Shown here piece after piece: positions 10,375 to 18,294 of a stretch of 21,261 bases of DNA. The stretch's first letter is position 1. Each line of letters opens with the position of its first letter. Origin of the DNA: Trueperaceae bacterium (GTDB taxonomy: Bacteria > Deinococcota > Deinococci > Deinococcales > Trueperaceae). Made by a program: the position numbers and the translations under genes. The notes below the pieces were generated by a model, which had not been told where the DNA came from, searched no databases, and saw nothing but the letters and a program-made list of their open reading frames with translations. The stretch is taken from positions 290,413-311,673 of the forward strand of contig JBBDRK010000049.1 in the NCBI GenBank assembly GCA_040905465.1, given 5' to 3'.

Positions 10375-10841
10375 GTGGGCACCCGGAACGACGTCGTATT
10401 CTCGACATGCTCGCCTCCGGTCAGATAAACGCGGCCGAGGCCGGCGAGCTCCTCAACGCGGTGGACGCGGGTGGCGACGATGGCGGCCGCAGTGCGCAGG
10501 TTTCGGCCGGCCACGCTGCGATCGTGTCCGCCGGACGGGATGTACGGCGCGAAGCCACCAAGAAGATCGCCAGGTCGCTGCGCATCGTCATCGACGCTGG
10601 CGGCGAAGAGGGCGGCAGCCGCGGCAAGGTAACGGTAACGGTGCCACTGGCGTTGGCGAAGTTCGCCGGCAAGCTGATCCCGCAGGATGTGCGCACCAGG
10701 TTGGAGGACGAAGGGATCGAGCTCGCCGAGTTGCTCCAGGCACTCGATCAGGAACTGCCCGAAGGCCGCCTGGTGGACATCGACACGACTCCCGAGGGCG
10801 ACCAGGGGCGCCGCGCCAAGATCGTAGTGGAGGTGGTGTGA
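10371..10841 (+). CDS. SHOCT-like domain protein with a C-terminal alpha/beta domain
   Basis: ATG at 10371 (ATGA overlap). Shows ERRRILDMLASGQINAAEAGELL, LRIVID, KVTVTVPLALAK and GRLVDID...KIVVEV. Confidence 0.78.
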   Translation: MSGHPERRRILDMLASGQINAAEAGELLNAVDAGGDDGGRSAQVSAGHAAIVSAGRDVRREATKKIARSLRIVIDAGGEEGGSRGKVTVTVPLALAKFAGKLIPQDVRTRLEDEGIELAELLQALDQELPEGRLVDIDTTPEGDQGRRAKIVVEVV

Positions 10842-11251
10842 TGGACGGCGGCGAGAAGGACCAGAGCAAACACGCCATGCCCACCCACTGTCCGGTGAGC
10901 GGCGAACCCCTCGAGGTGACGAGGCTCCACTGCCCCAAGAGCGGGGTGACCATCGAGGGCCGCTTCCAGCCGAACGAGTTCGCACTCCTACCACCCGAGA
11001 ACCTCGAGTTCCTGCGCCTGTTCGTCAAGGTGCGAGGCAACCTCAAGGAGGTCGAACGGATCCTGGGGCTATCGTATCCGACGATCCGCCAACGCTTCGA
11101 GACGCTCGTGGCGATCCTCGGCTACGAGACGCTGGCCGAACATCGGCAGGGTCGCTCGGAGAGGCGCTCGGAAATCCTCGAGCGACTCGAGCGCGGCGAA
11201 CTGGGGGTCGACGAGGCCGCTCGGGCGCTACAGGAACTGAAGGGCTCGTGA
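10841..11251 (+). CDS. DUF2089-family protein (ribbon-like N-terminus, HTH, C-terminal SHOCT-like helix pair)
   Basis: CPVSG.PLEVTRLHCPKSGVTIEGRF, FVKVRGNLKEVERILGLSYPTIRQR and RSEILERLERGELGVDEA. GGAGG SD favours ATG 10841; GTG 10838 is an alternative. Confidence 0.88.
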   Translation: MDGGEKDQSKHAMPTHCPVSGEPLEVTRLHCPKSGVTIEGRFQPNEFALLPPENLEFLRLFVKVRGNLKEVERILGLSYPTIRQRFETLVAILGYETLAEHRQGRSERRSEILERLERGELGVDEAARALQELKGS

Positions 11252-11269
11252 ACGGTATTGAGCGTGCTG

Positions 11270-11290
11270 AGCGCTGATTAACAGCGTTTT
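11270..11290 (+). terminator. Possible weak intrinsic terminator after the DUF2089 operon
   Basis: AGCGCTG-ATTAA-CAGCGTT stem running into a 4-T tract. Confidence 0.35.
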
Positions 11291-11302
11291 CCGGCCACTC
11301 GT

Positions 11303-11310
11303 TATACTCT
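11303..11310 (+). promoter_or_regulatory. -10 element(s) TATACT/TACTCT, leaderless dnaJ promoter
   Basis: 7-9 nt before ATG 11318, with no SD. Confidence 0.6.
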
Positions 11311-11317
11311 TGGATCG

Positions 11318-12502
11318 ATGAGTGACTTCTACCAACTGCTGGGAGTTGGTCGCGATGCCGACAACTCCCAGATAAAGACTGCCTACCGAAAACTTGCCCT
11401 CCAGTATCACCCCGACCGGAATCCCGGTAACCAGGAGGCTGAAGACAAGTTCAAGAGCATCAACGAAGCGTATGCGGTTCTCGCCGACCCACAGAAGCGC
11501 GCCCGCTACGACCGCTTCGGGAGCGCCGATGAAGGAGCGCAGTTCCAGGGCGACATCTTCGACATCTTCGCCTCGGTGTTCGGCGGCGGTTTCGCCGGCG
11601 GGGGAGTTCGCCCCGGGGGTGCCGGGCAGGGCCAGGCGGGAGAGAGCCTGGAGACCGAGGTGAGGATCACCCTCGAGCAGGCGCGTGAGGGGGCGTCGCT
11701 CGAGGTGGAGCTCGAACGGCTGGCCGCTTGCGATCGCTGTAACGGCGAGCGCGCCGAACCGGGCTCGGAGGGCAAGAAGACCTGCCGGACCTGTTCAGGC
11801 GTCGGCCAGGTGCGGGCACAGGCGCAGTCTTTCTTCGGCACGGTGGTGACCGCCCAGACCTGTCCGGAGTGCCGTGGACTGGGTGAAACGATTACCACGC
11901 CGTGCGGCAAGTGCCTGGGCAGCGGTCGCATGCGCGCCACCGACGCCGTCACGATCAGCCTTCCGCGCGGCATAGACGGAGGCTACCGGCTGCGCGTGCC
12001 GCGCCAGGGAAACGCCGGCATCGACGGCGGACCTGCCGGCGACCTGTACGTCTACATCGAGCTCGAGCCGCACGAACACTTCACCCGCGACGGCGACGAC
12101 CTGCACTACCAGCTCGGAGTCGGCATGGCTCAGGCGGCGCTAGGCTCCTCCTTCGAGGTGCCGACCATGGAAGGTCCGGAAATAGTGGACCTTCCGCCGG
12201 GAACCCAGCCGGGAACGGTGCTGCGCCTGCGCGGCAAGGGCATGCCTCGGCTGCGCCACATCGGCATGGGCGATCAGCTCATAACCGTTCGGGTGGACGT
12301 ACCCAAGGGACTTTCCGCCCGCTCCCGCGATCTCCTGCACGATTATGCCGCCGAGGTAGGCGAGCCCATCCACGAGCGCGAAACGCTGCTGGACAAGCTG
12401 AAGGGCATCTTCGCCAAGCGCGTCAAGGTGGCCAAGGACGGCGCCACGGATAGTGGCAAGGATGGCAAGGCGGCCGCCAAGGAACCGACAGAAGCGCGTT
12501 AA
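11318..12502 (+). CDS. dnaJ: Molecular chaperone DnaJ (class A)
   Basis: J-domain with HPD, a G/F region with DIF motifs, four CxxCxG repeats (CDRC, CRTC, CPEC, CGKC) and GDLYV. Confidence 0.96.
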   Translation: MSDFYQLLGVGRDADNSQIKTAYRKLALQYHPDRNPGNQEAEDKFKSINEAYAVLADPQKRARYDRFGSADEGAQFQGDIFDIFASVFGGGFAGGGVRPGGAGQGQAGESLETEVRITLEQAREGASLEVELERLAACDRCNGERAEPGSEGKKTCRTCSGVGQVRAQAQSFFGTVVTAQTCPECRGLGETITTPCGKCLGSGRMRATDAVTISLPRGIDGGYRLRVPRQGNAGIDGGPAGDLYVYIELEPHEHFTRDGDDLHYQLGVGMAQAALGSSFEVPTMEGPEIVDLPPGTQPGTVLRLRGKGMPRLRHIGMGDQLITVRVDVPKGLSARSRDLLHDYAAEVGEPIHERETLLDKLKGIFAKRVKVAKDGATDSGKDGKAAAKEPTEAR

Positions 12503-12555
12503 CGCTGGCCGTAGAACATCAGGCCGGGCGCACGAGACTGTAGGCGCTGAAGCGT

Positions 12556-12596
12556 GCCGGCAGCATGGCCAGTTGGCGTGGCCGGCAGCGTGGCCA
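12556..12596. repeat. Imperfect 16-bp direct repeat
   Basis: GCCGGCAGCATGGCCA (12556-12571) and GCCGGCAGCGTGGCCA (12581-12596), between convergent dnaJ and miaA. Confidence 0.5.
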
Positions 12597-12603
12597 ACGG
12601 GCG

Positions 12604-13530
12604 TCAATTCCAGGAGGTGAGCCGTTCGAGCCACCTGGCGAGATGTGGCCGCGCCGGAGCGGCCAGTTGGGGCAGGCGAAGCTCGGCCTGCTCCCGGCGG
12701 AACCAGGTGAGCTGCCGCCGGGCATAACGGACGGTTGCGTCTGACACGGCCCGACGCGCCTCCTCCAGGTTCGTCTGGCCGGCAAGCGCCGCTGCTACCT
12801 CCTTGTAACCGATCGCCTGCATTGCCGTGGAGCGGCTCGGGTATCGCTCCAGCAGCCGCTCGACCTCGCTCGCCAGGCCGGCGGCGAACATCTGCTCGCA
12901 GCGCGCCTCGATCCGCGGCCGCAGCTCGTCGATCGACGGCTCGAGCACAGCCAGCGAGAACTCGAATTTGGGGGGCCGCGGCGGAAAGTCGCTGGGTGGG
13001 CGTCCGGTCCGCCTGACGATCTCCAGTGCCCGGACGACCCGCCGCGGGTTTCGCTGCGATCGTTCGGCGTCCTCCGGGCTGGAATCCGCCAACTCGCGCT
13101 CGAGCCGCTCCAGGCCGCGTTCCTCGAGTTCCCGCCACAGCACCTCCTGAACTGCGGCGTCCGCCTGCGGCACGGTCGGCAGCCCGCGCGCCAGTGCCCG
13201 GAGATAGAAGCCGGTGCCGCCGACGACAATGGGCAGGCGGCCGCGTGCCAGCACGTCGGCGATCGCCGTCTCCGCGCGGTCCACCCACTCGGCCACGCTG
13301 AACGGCTCGGCCGGGCTCATCAGATCGATCAGGTGATGCGGAACGCTGGCGCGCTCGGCAGCGCTCGGCTTGGCGGTTCCGATATCCATGTCGCGGTAGA
13401 CCTGCATCGCGTCGGCGCTGATTATCTCCAGCGGGAACCGTCGCGCCAGCTCCAGGGCGACCGCGCTCTTGCCCGAGGCGGTTGGCGCGCCCAGCATCGG
13501 CACTGGAGAGTGGACGGACGGGTGGGGCAC
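12604..13530 (-). CDS. miaA: tRNA dimethylallyltransferase MiaA
   Basis: GAPTASGKS, ISADAMQVYRDMDIGTAKP, PHHLID, VGGTGFY, RRVVRALE, QAIGYKE and YARRQLTWFR. Confidence 0.97.
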   Translation of the reverse strand: MPHPSVHSPVPMLGAPTASGKSAVALELARRFPLEIISADAMQVYRDMDIGTAKPSAAERASVPHHLIDLMSPAEPFSVAEWVDRAETAIADVLARGRLPIVVGGTGFYLRALARGLPTVPQADAAVQEVLWRELEERGLERLERELADSSPEDAERSQRNPRRVVRALEIVRRTGRPPSDFPPRPPKFEFSLAVLEPSIDELRPRIEARCEQMFAAGLASEVERLLERYPSRSTAMQAIGYKEVAAALAGQTNLEEARRAVSDATVRYARRQLTWFRREQAELRLPQLAAPARPHLARWLERLTSWN

Positions 13531-13536
13531 TTCCTA

Positions 13537-13542
13537 ACCCTA
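13537..13542 (-). promoter_or_regulatory. -10 (TAGGGT), probable leaderless miaA promoter
   Basis: TANNNT 6 nt before the GTG start. Confidence 0.5.
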
Positions 13543-13605
13543 CATGCAGCGGCCGGCGGCGTGCGGGACGGCGGTCGCTCCGCCGACCGGCGGTCGCGGG
13601 GCAGG

Positions 13606-13614
13606 TGATAGACT
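13606..13614 (+). promoter_or_regulatory. Extended -10 (TGaTAGACT), leaderless hsp20 promoter
   Basis: Lies 7 nt before ATG 13622. Confidence 0.7.
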
Positions 13615-13621
13615 CGTTGCC

Positions 13622-13999
13622 ATGGATTTGGAGAAGTTCGGCACAGCCGGCGACGTTCAGGAGCTGCTTTCGATCCGCGACCGGATCGAGGGGCTGATGG
13701 ACGACCGCCGCGAAGCCGGCACACCCAGGGTCGACCTGCTCGACGCGGACGGGGCGTTCCGGCTGGTGATGGAGGTCCCGGGCGTGCCCGAGGAGAACAT
13801 AGAGATCGCGCTGCAGGGGCAGACCCTGGTGATAGCCGGGCTGCGGGAGCCTAACGCCGACGGAACGACGACACTGTTCAGCGAGAGGGCCAGTGGCCAC
13901 TTCCAGCGCAGCATCGACCTGCCGCAGGCGGTCGATCGTGATCGCACCAGCGCCCACCTGCAGGCCGGCCTGCTGATAATCAACCTGCCCAAGGAGTAA
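13622..13999 (+). CDS. Small heat-shock protein (Hsp20/alpha-crystallin family)
   Basis: PRVDL, EVPGVPEENIEI, LVIAG.R, ERASGHFQRSIDLP and AGLLIINLPK. Start reassigned from 13544 to 13622. Confidence 0.9.
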   Translation: MDLEKFGTAGDVQELLSIRDRIEGLMDDRREAGTPRVDLLDADGAFRLVMEVPGVPEENIEIALQGQTLVIAGLREPNADGTTTLFSERASGHFQRSIDLPQAVDRDRTSAHLQAGLLIINLPKE

Positions 14000-14006
14000 G
14001 TGGCGC

Positions 14007-15071
14007 ATGAGCCGGCGGACGGGGATCGGCCTGCCGGCAGAGGTGGTGCCGTTTCCGGTCGGACCGGAGTACCGGATTCGCCCCGATCTGCGCCGCCTCG
14101 AACCCGGGTCGCGACACTTCGTCAGCGACGCCCGCTGGCCGAAATATCTGGCGCGGAAGCTGAGCCTGCTCGAGGCCGATGCCGAGCGTTGCCGGGTGAT
14201 TGCCGGCGACGAGCAGGCACTGATGGCGGTCCTGTGGCGGGTGGCGGAGCTGCTGGCGGTCGAGCAGCCGCAGCGATTTCGGTTGGAGGACAACTGCTTC
14301 ACGATTCGCGAGCTGGACCTGACCTTCAGGCGCGACGGCTCATACGACGACGCTTTGCCAGGAGCGGCCACCAGCAGCGGCTCGAACGACCGGGTCGACG
14401 CGGGAACTATCTGTCCGGATGATCCGGCCGGCAGCAACGTGCGTGAGCGGGTGCGCGTCCACCTCGGCGGACTCGGTACGGTCGAACGGCTCTCCGACGC
14501 CATCGCCTTGGCGGTCCAGGAGGATTACGTGATCGTCGCGGGACCGCCGGGAGAAGACCGGGCAGAGCTGCTGCACGTGTGCCTGCCCTCGCACTGGAAT
14601 CCCGGCGATCGGCGGGGCGCTTCGTTCGCCGAGCTGCACGCTCCCGTGCCGCACAACTCGCGACTCCTCGCGGGTTCGCGCAATCTGGTGGCGGCTATGC
14701 TGGCCAAGGGACCGTTCGAGCGCAGCGTCTGGAGCCTCACCGATACGGCCGATCTCGATCAGAACCCCGTCCGCCGGGGCGTTGACGACGCGAGGCCGGA
14801 AGCGGACCCGCTCGACCGGCTGTGGTTTCGCTCCGAGCGCCAGACCACCAGGGCGTTGACGAAAGGCACCACGCCTGAGGGCGGCCGGGCGCTGTTCACC
14901 ATCAGGATCTACGTGGCGCCGCTACGGCAGGTGCTCGACCCCGGGCGCGCCGCCCTGCTCGCCGCCGCCATCCGCTCGATGGACGAAGAGCTCCTGCGCT
15001 ACAAGGCCCTCGTAGACAGGCGGGACTCGCTTCTGGCAGCGCTGGACGCCCTCGCGTCCGCCGTTCACTAG
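14007..15071 (+). CDS. DUF3445 / heme-dependent oxidative N-demethylase alpha-subunit-like protein
   Basis: VQEDYVI, VCLPSHW.P..R.G.SFAELHAPVP, RSVWSL, FRSERQT, LFTIRIY and LLRYK. AAGGAG SD at the end of hsp20. Confidence 0.8.
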   Translation: MSRRTGIGLPAEVVPFPVGPEYRIRPDLRRLEPGSRHFVSDARWPKYLARKLSLLEADAERCRVIAGDEQALMAVLWRVAELLAVEQPQRFRLEDNCFTIRELDLTFRRDGSYDDALPGAATSSGSNDRVDAGTICPDDPAGSNVRERVRVHLGGLGTVERLSDAIALAVQEDYVIVAGPPGEDRAELLHVCLPSHWNPGDRRGASFAELHAPVPHNSRLLAGSRNLVAAMLAKGPFERSVWSLTDTADLDQNPVRRGVDDARPEADPLDRLWFRSERQTTRALTKGTTPEGGRALFTIRIYVAPLRQVLDPGRAALLAAAIRSMDEELLRYKALVDRRDSLLAALDALASAVH

Positions 15072-15167
15072 GCTCCCACAGGACATCTGTGGCGGCGCCT
15101 GTGGCGAATCCGGGAACGCGTCATGCCTCCCCGCCCTAGCCGGCTTCTACTTTGAGGTGTTGCCCTT

Positions 15168-15201
15168 CACGGTCCTACGAAAACGTTTTCGTAGGACCGT
15201 G
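15168..15201. repeat. Perfect 34-bp palindrome, possible bidirectional terminator or operator
   Basis: CACGGTCCTACGAAAAC|GTTTTCGTAGGACCGTG between convergent genes. Confidence 0.8.
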
Positions 15202-15223
15202 CGAGGCAGGGAAGGCGACCGGC

Positions 15224-16039
15224 CTAGTCCAGGTCGACTTCCAGCGTGCCGGTCACGCCCCCGGTCACGATCACGTCGTTCGAGTCGAGATAGTAGAGGA
15301 GAGTATCGCCGGCTATCCGGTCCTCACCCTGGATACTGCGGGCCGGGTTGCCGGTGAGAGTGGCGAGGCCCGCCTCTTCGTCGAGCTCGAGCGTGTCCGC
15401 CTCACTGACGCGGTCGCCCGACTCCACCCGCACCCCTCCGGTCAGCGTGGAGCGCTCGGTCTGCAGATTGAACGACATCGATTCCGAGGTGGCATGAAGC
15501 GGGCTCGCCTCACCTTCCGGCGCACGCTCGAGGTCCACCGGTCCTTCGATGTCGGCAACGTCGGCCTCGCGGTCGAGAAAGAAGCGTGAGGCGGTGATCT
15601 CGGTGCGTCCCTGCTCGAGCCGCACCAACGGCTGGTCGGCTCGAGTGAACGCTTCCAGGCAGGCCGGCCGGTCGCTGAAGGTAGCTTCGCCGTCGAGCAT
15701 CTCGATCGTCTGCTGGTCCTCGTCCGAGTCGTCGGACGAGGCGTCGTCGGGTTCACGGATGATGACCAGCGATGACCGCAAAGTTGTCTCGTTGTCGATC
15801 ACCATCTCGACCCGATCGGGCGGGCCATAGAAGATGCTCATCACAATGCCGTCTTCGCAACCTTGGCGATTGAGCACCGTCCGGGCGCCTTCGGTAGAGC
15901 TCCCGCGGTTGGTAATCACCAGCGTGGCGTCCTCCCGGTTTATCTCCAGGATGGTGGGAGTCTGAGCCGCCCCGGCCCCGAGGCCGAGCACGAGGCACGC
16001 GGCCAGGACTGCCCTCCCCCTCGGCCGCGCCGGCGCCAT
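15224..16039 (-). CDS. Secreted LptA/OstA-like beta-jellyroll protein
   Basis: Signal peptide RGRAVLAACLVLGLGAGAA|Q, and C-terminal OstA-like STLTGGVRV..GD..SEAD.L, ATLTGNPA..QGED.IAGD.LLYYLD, VTGGVTG. Start is uncertain (ATG 16039 or GTG 16111). Confidence 0.75.
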   Translation of the reverse strand: MAPARPRGRAVLAACLVLGLGAGAAQTPTILEINREDATLVITNRGSSTEGARTVLNRQGCEDGIVMSIFYGPPDRVEMVIDNETTLRSSLVIIREPDDASSDDSDEDQQTIEMLDGEATFSDRPACLEAFTRADQPLVRLEQGRTEITASRFFLDREADVADIEGPVDLERAPEGEASPLHATSESMSFNLQTERSTLTGGVRVESGDRVSEADTLELDEEAGLATLTGNPARSIQGEDRIAGDTLLYYLDSNDVIVTGGVTGTLEVDLD

Positions 16040-16113
16040 GATCGGCGTAAACGGCGACCGCTGCCGCCCATCCGCGCCCCGACGCGCTACTCCGAGCCGT
16101 CGGCGCCGCACTG

Positions 16114-17037
16114 TCAGGGGGCCGATTCCGACGGCAGGAACGCCTCTGGGCTGAAATCGCTCGAGGTGGCGGCATCTATCGCCTCCACATAGTCGAACTC
16201 GATGTCCTGGAGAATCCTGTCGCTGCTCAATCGCACGCCGTTGGCCTCGTCGACCGAAAGGGCCGGCGAGCCGATGACCTCCGCCAGCCCCTTCTCGTCG
16301 TCGAAGAAGACCTCGTCCCCGGTCGAAGTGATGCTCCCATCGACCACGGTCACGTTGCCGCGGGCGTAGAGCCTCTCCTCTTCGGTGAGTACGCAGGTCT
16401 GGTCGGCGGTGATGACAAGCTCGTCGCCTTCGGCGTCCGTCCGGGTCAACGTGACCTGGGCGTTGTCGCTGGTGAGACAACCCAGGCTGCGCTCCTCCTC
16501 GTACAGGAGTTCGTCGGCACTGGCGCGCTGGTTGCCGCTCGTCAACTGCACGTTACCGCGGCTGATGCTCCGGTCGGTGTCTACGTCGAACTCGACCTCG
16601 TCGGTCGTTATCGCTACCGGGTCGTCACCCTCTTCGGCCGGCGCGATGTCGATTTCGGCGCCGCCGTTCAGCAGCCCCAGGCCCGTTGCCTCGCTGTAGC
16701 CGAGTGCCGGACCGGTGGCCTCGAGTCGGCCGCGCTGCACCCGAACCCCGCCTTCGAAGGTAGCTTCCCGGCGGCCCTCGGCCTGCGCCAGCAGCACCTC
16801 GCCCTGCTCCTCGGCCGGTACCTGCAGCCGGGCGTTACTGGCGAGGATGGTGAGGTTTGAAACTGTCGCCACCAACCCCTCGGGCTCAGGGTGGGTGTAT
16901 TCGTGGGGGCCGTAACGAAGGTTCCCACTGATGCTGGCGCCCTGGCTTTCGATGCGAATGATGCGCCCTTCGCCCGACTCCTGGGCGAGCGCGGCTACCA
17001 ACGTCAGCGCCGCCAACGAACTCAAGAGCTTTCGCAC
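16114..17037 (-). CDS. Secreted LptA/OstA-like protein with tandem jellyroll repeats
   Basis: GTG with AAGGAGG SD, signal peptide MRKLLSSLAALTLVAALA|Q, and ATFEGGVRV.RG, SRGNVQL.SG...SADEL.Y, ARGNVTV.DG repeats. Confidence 0.8.
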   Translation of the reverse strand: MRKLLSSLAALTLVAALAQESGEGRIIRIESQGASISGNLRYGPHEYTHPEPEGLVATVSNLTILASNARLQVPAEEQGEVLLAQAEGRREATFEGGVRVQRGRLEATGPALGYSEATGLGLLNGGAEIDIAPAEEGDDPVAITTDEVEFDVDTDRSISRGNVQLTSGNQRASADELLYEEERSLGCLTSDNAQVTLTRTDAEGDELVITADQTCVLTEEERLYARGNVTVVDGSITSTGDEVFFDDEKGLAEVIGSPALSVDEANGVRLSSDRILQDIEFDYVEAIDAATSSDFSPEAFLPSESAP

Positions 17038-17615
17038 ACGGTCCTCCTTCTCGCTTCATCGGCCTGCCCGACCCGGAACTCGGTCACCGTGGTGGTTCCG
17101 GTTCCGCCGCCGTCGAAATCTTCCAGGTCGAAAGAGACGCTCATCTGCTCGAGCCGAGTGTCGTCGCCCCAGGAGGGCCCGGTGATCTCCAGCACAGGCA
17201 CCTCGAACTTGCCCTGCTCCTGATCTATCACCACGGGAGCCTCCGGGTTGCCCTGCATAGTCAGGCACTCGCCGGTCTCCACCAGGAACGCGAAGACCAG
17301 CTCGCCCAGGATGTCGTCGCGACGATTGATCGTCAGCTTCTCGGAGGCAACCGTGAAGTCCACGTCACCGGCGACTTCACGCCTGCCGTCGGCTATTTGG
17401 TAAAGGGTCGATTCGTTGCGTTCCGGGTCGTAGCTGGCTTCGGGCGCCTGAAAGCGCCAGATCGCCTGAGGGTCGGCTTCGGGATAGAGCGTCACCCGGG
17501 CGTTGCTCAAGGTGATGCGTTGGTCGGGAAGCGTCCGCTCGCGCTCGGGCAATACCGCCAGGATCACGAGAACCGTGACGGTGACGGCGAAAAGCAGCAG
17601 AGCGGTTTTCAGCAC
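17022..17615 (-). CDS. LptC-like membrane-anchored periplasmic protein
   Basis: Single N-terminal TM helix, then ITLSNARVTLY...WRFQAPEASYD and a beta-rich body. First gene of the lptA-like operon. Confidence 0.62.
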   Translation of the reverse strand: MLKTALLLFAVTVTVLVILAVLPERERTLPDQRITLSNARVTLYPEADPQAIWRFQAPEASYDPERNESTLYQIADGRREVAGDVDFTVASEKLTINRRDDILGELVFAFLVETGECLTMQGNPEAPVVIDQEQGKFEVPVLEITGPSWGDDTRLEQMSVSFDLEDFDGGGTGTTTVTEFRVGQADEARRRTVCESS

Positions 17616-17620
17616 GCCCC

Positions 17621-17629
17621 AATCTACCA
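17621..17629 (-). promoter_or_regulatory. Extended -10 (TGgTAGATT), probable leaderless promoter
   Basis: Lies 5 nt before GTG 17615. Confidence 0.55.
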
Positions 17630-17687
17630 GTGGCCGGGAGTGAGAAGCGTGACCGACGGCTGAAGGTCGGTCAATTCAGACAGTGCC

Positions 17688-18152
17688 CTACTCGTAGGTT
17701 ACGTCGACGACCTTGTAGTCGATACCATTCCACTCGACCTTGTCTCCCGAGCGCTTGCCCAGCAGCGTGCGGCCCAGTGGCGATTCGTCGGAAATCCGGT
17801 TTTCGAGTACGTCGGCCTCGTGGGTGCCCACCAGGTGGAACTTGACTCGGTCACCGTCGTTCTGCTCGAGTTCGAGGTTGGCGCCCAGTGCGGCAACGGC
17901 GTCGGCGCCTTCCTGATGCTCTACTACCGAAGCGCGGTGCACGATCTCTTCTAGATCGGAAATGCGCGCTTCATTGGCACTCTGCAGCAGGCGCGCTTCG
18001 TCATAGGCCGCACTCTCGCGCAGGTCGCCGTCGGCTATCGCCGAGCCCATGTAGTCGGCGAGCTCCTGGCGCCGCTCGTCTTTGAGGTAGCGCAACTCCT
18101 CCTTGATCTTCTCGAGTCCCTTGGCAGTCAGATAAATCGGTTGTTTCGGCAC
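17688..18152 (-). CDS. greA: Transcription elongation factor GreA
   Basis: YLT.KG..K..EEL..LK, GDLRESAAYDEAR (both catalytic acidic residues present), EAD...RISDESPLG..LLG...GD. GAGGTG SD. Confidence 0.93.
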   Translation of the reverse strand: MPKQPIYLTAKGLEKIKEELRYLKDERRQELADYMGSAIADGDLRESAAYDEARLLQSANEARISDLEEIVHRASVVEHQEGADAVAALGANLELEQNDGDRVKFHLVGTHEADVLENRISDESPLGRTLLGKRSGDKVEWNGIDYKVVDVTYE

Positions 18153-18288
18153 TTCTCACCTCGGTTGCGCCCAACTGGCACGTGATCGGATTACGGATGC
18201 CGGCATCTCCGGTGTCGAACCGGCACCGGCCGTGTCCAGAAATCGGCCGGGCCGTCGGACCGGACACCGACCTTGCGTCCAAATTCCG

Positions 18289-18294
18289 ATTATA
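18289..18294 (-). promoter_or_regulatory. -10 TATAAT for greA
   Basis: Perfect hexamer 136 nt upstream of the greA start. Confidence 0.5.

Noticed and set aside
11252..11317. CIRCE or HAIR heat-shock operator before dnaJ
   Set aside because: No TTAGCACTC-N9-GAGTGCTAA or CTTGAGT-N7-ACTCAAG match.
12140..14503. 787-aa minus-strand ORF
   Set aside because: A shadow frame overlapping dnaJ, miaA, hsp20 and the DUF3445 gene, with Arg/Gly/Ala/Pro-biased composition typical of high-GC non-coding frames.
16112..16480. N-terminal part of the 418-aa ORF 15224..16480
   Set aside because: An off-frame overlap with the upstream lptA-like gene; the signal peptide begins much later.
17688..18152. Gfh1-type inhibitor rather than GreA
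   Set aside because: The tip motif GDLRE is GreA-type, not the DDYDD-like Gfh1 loop.
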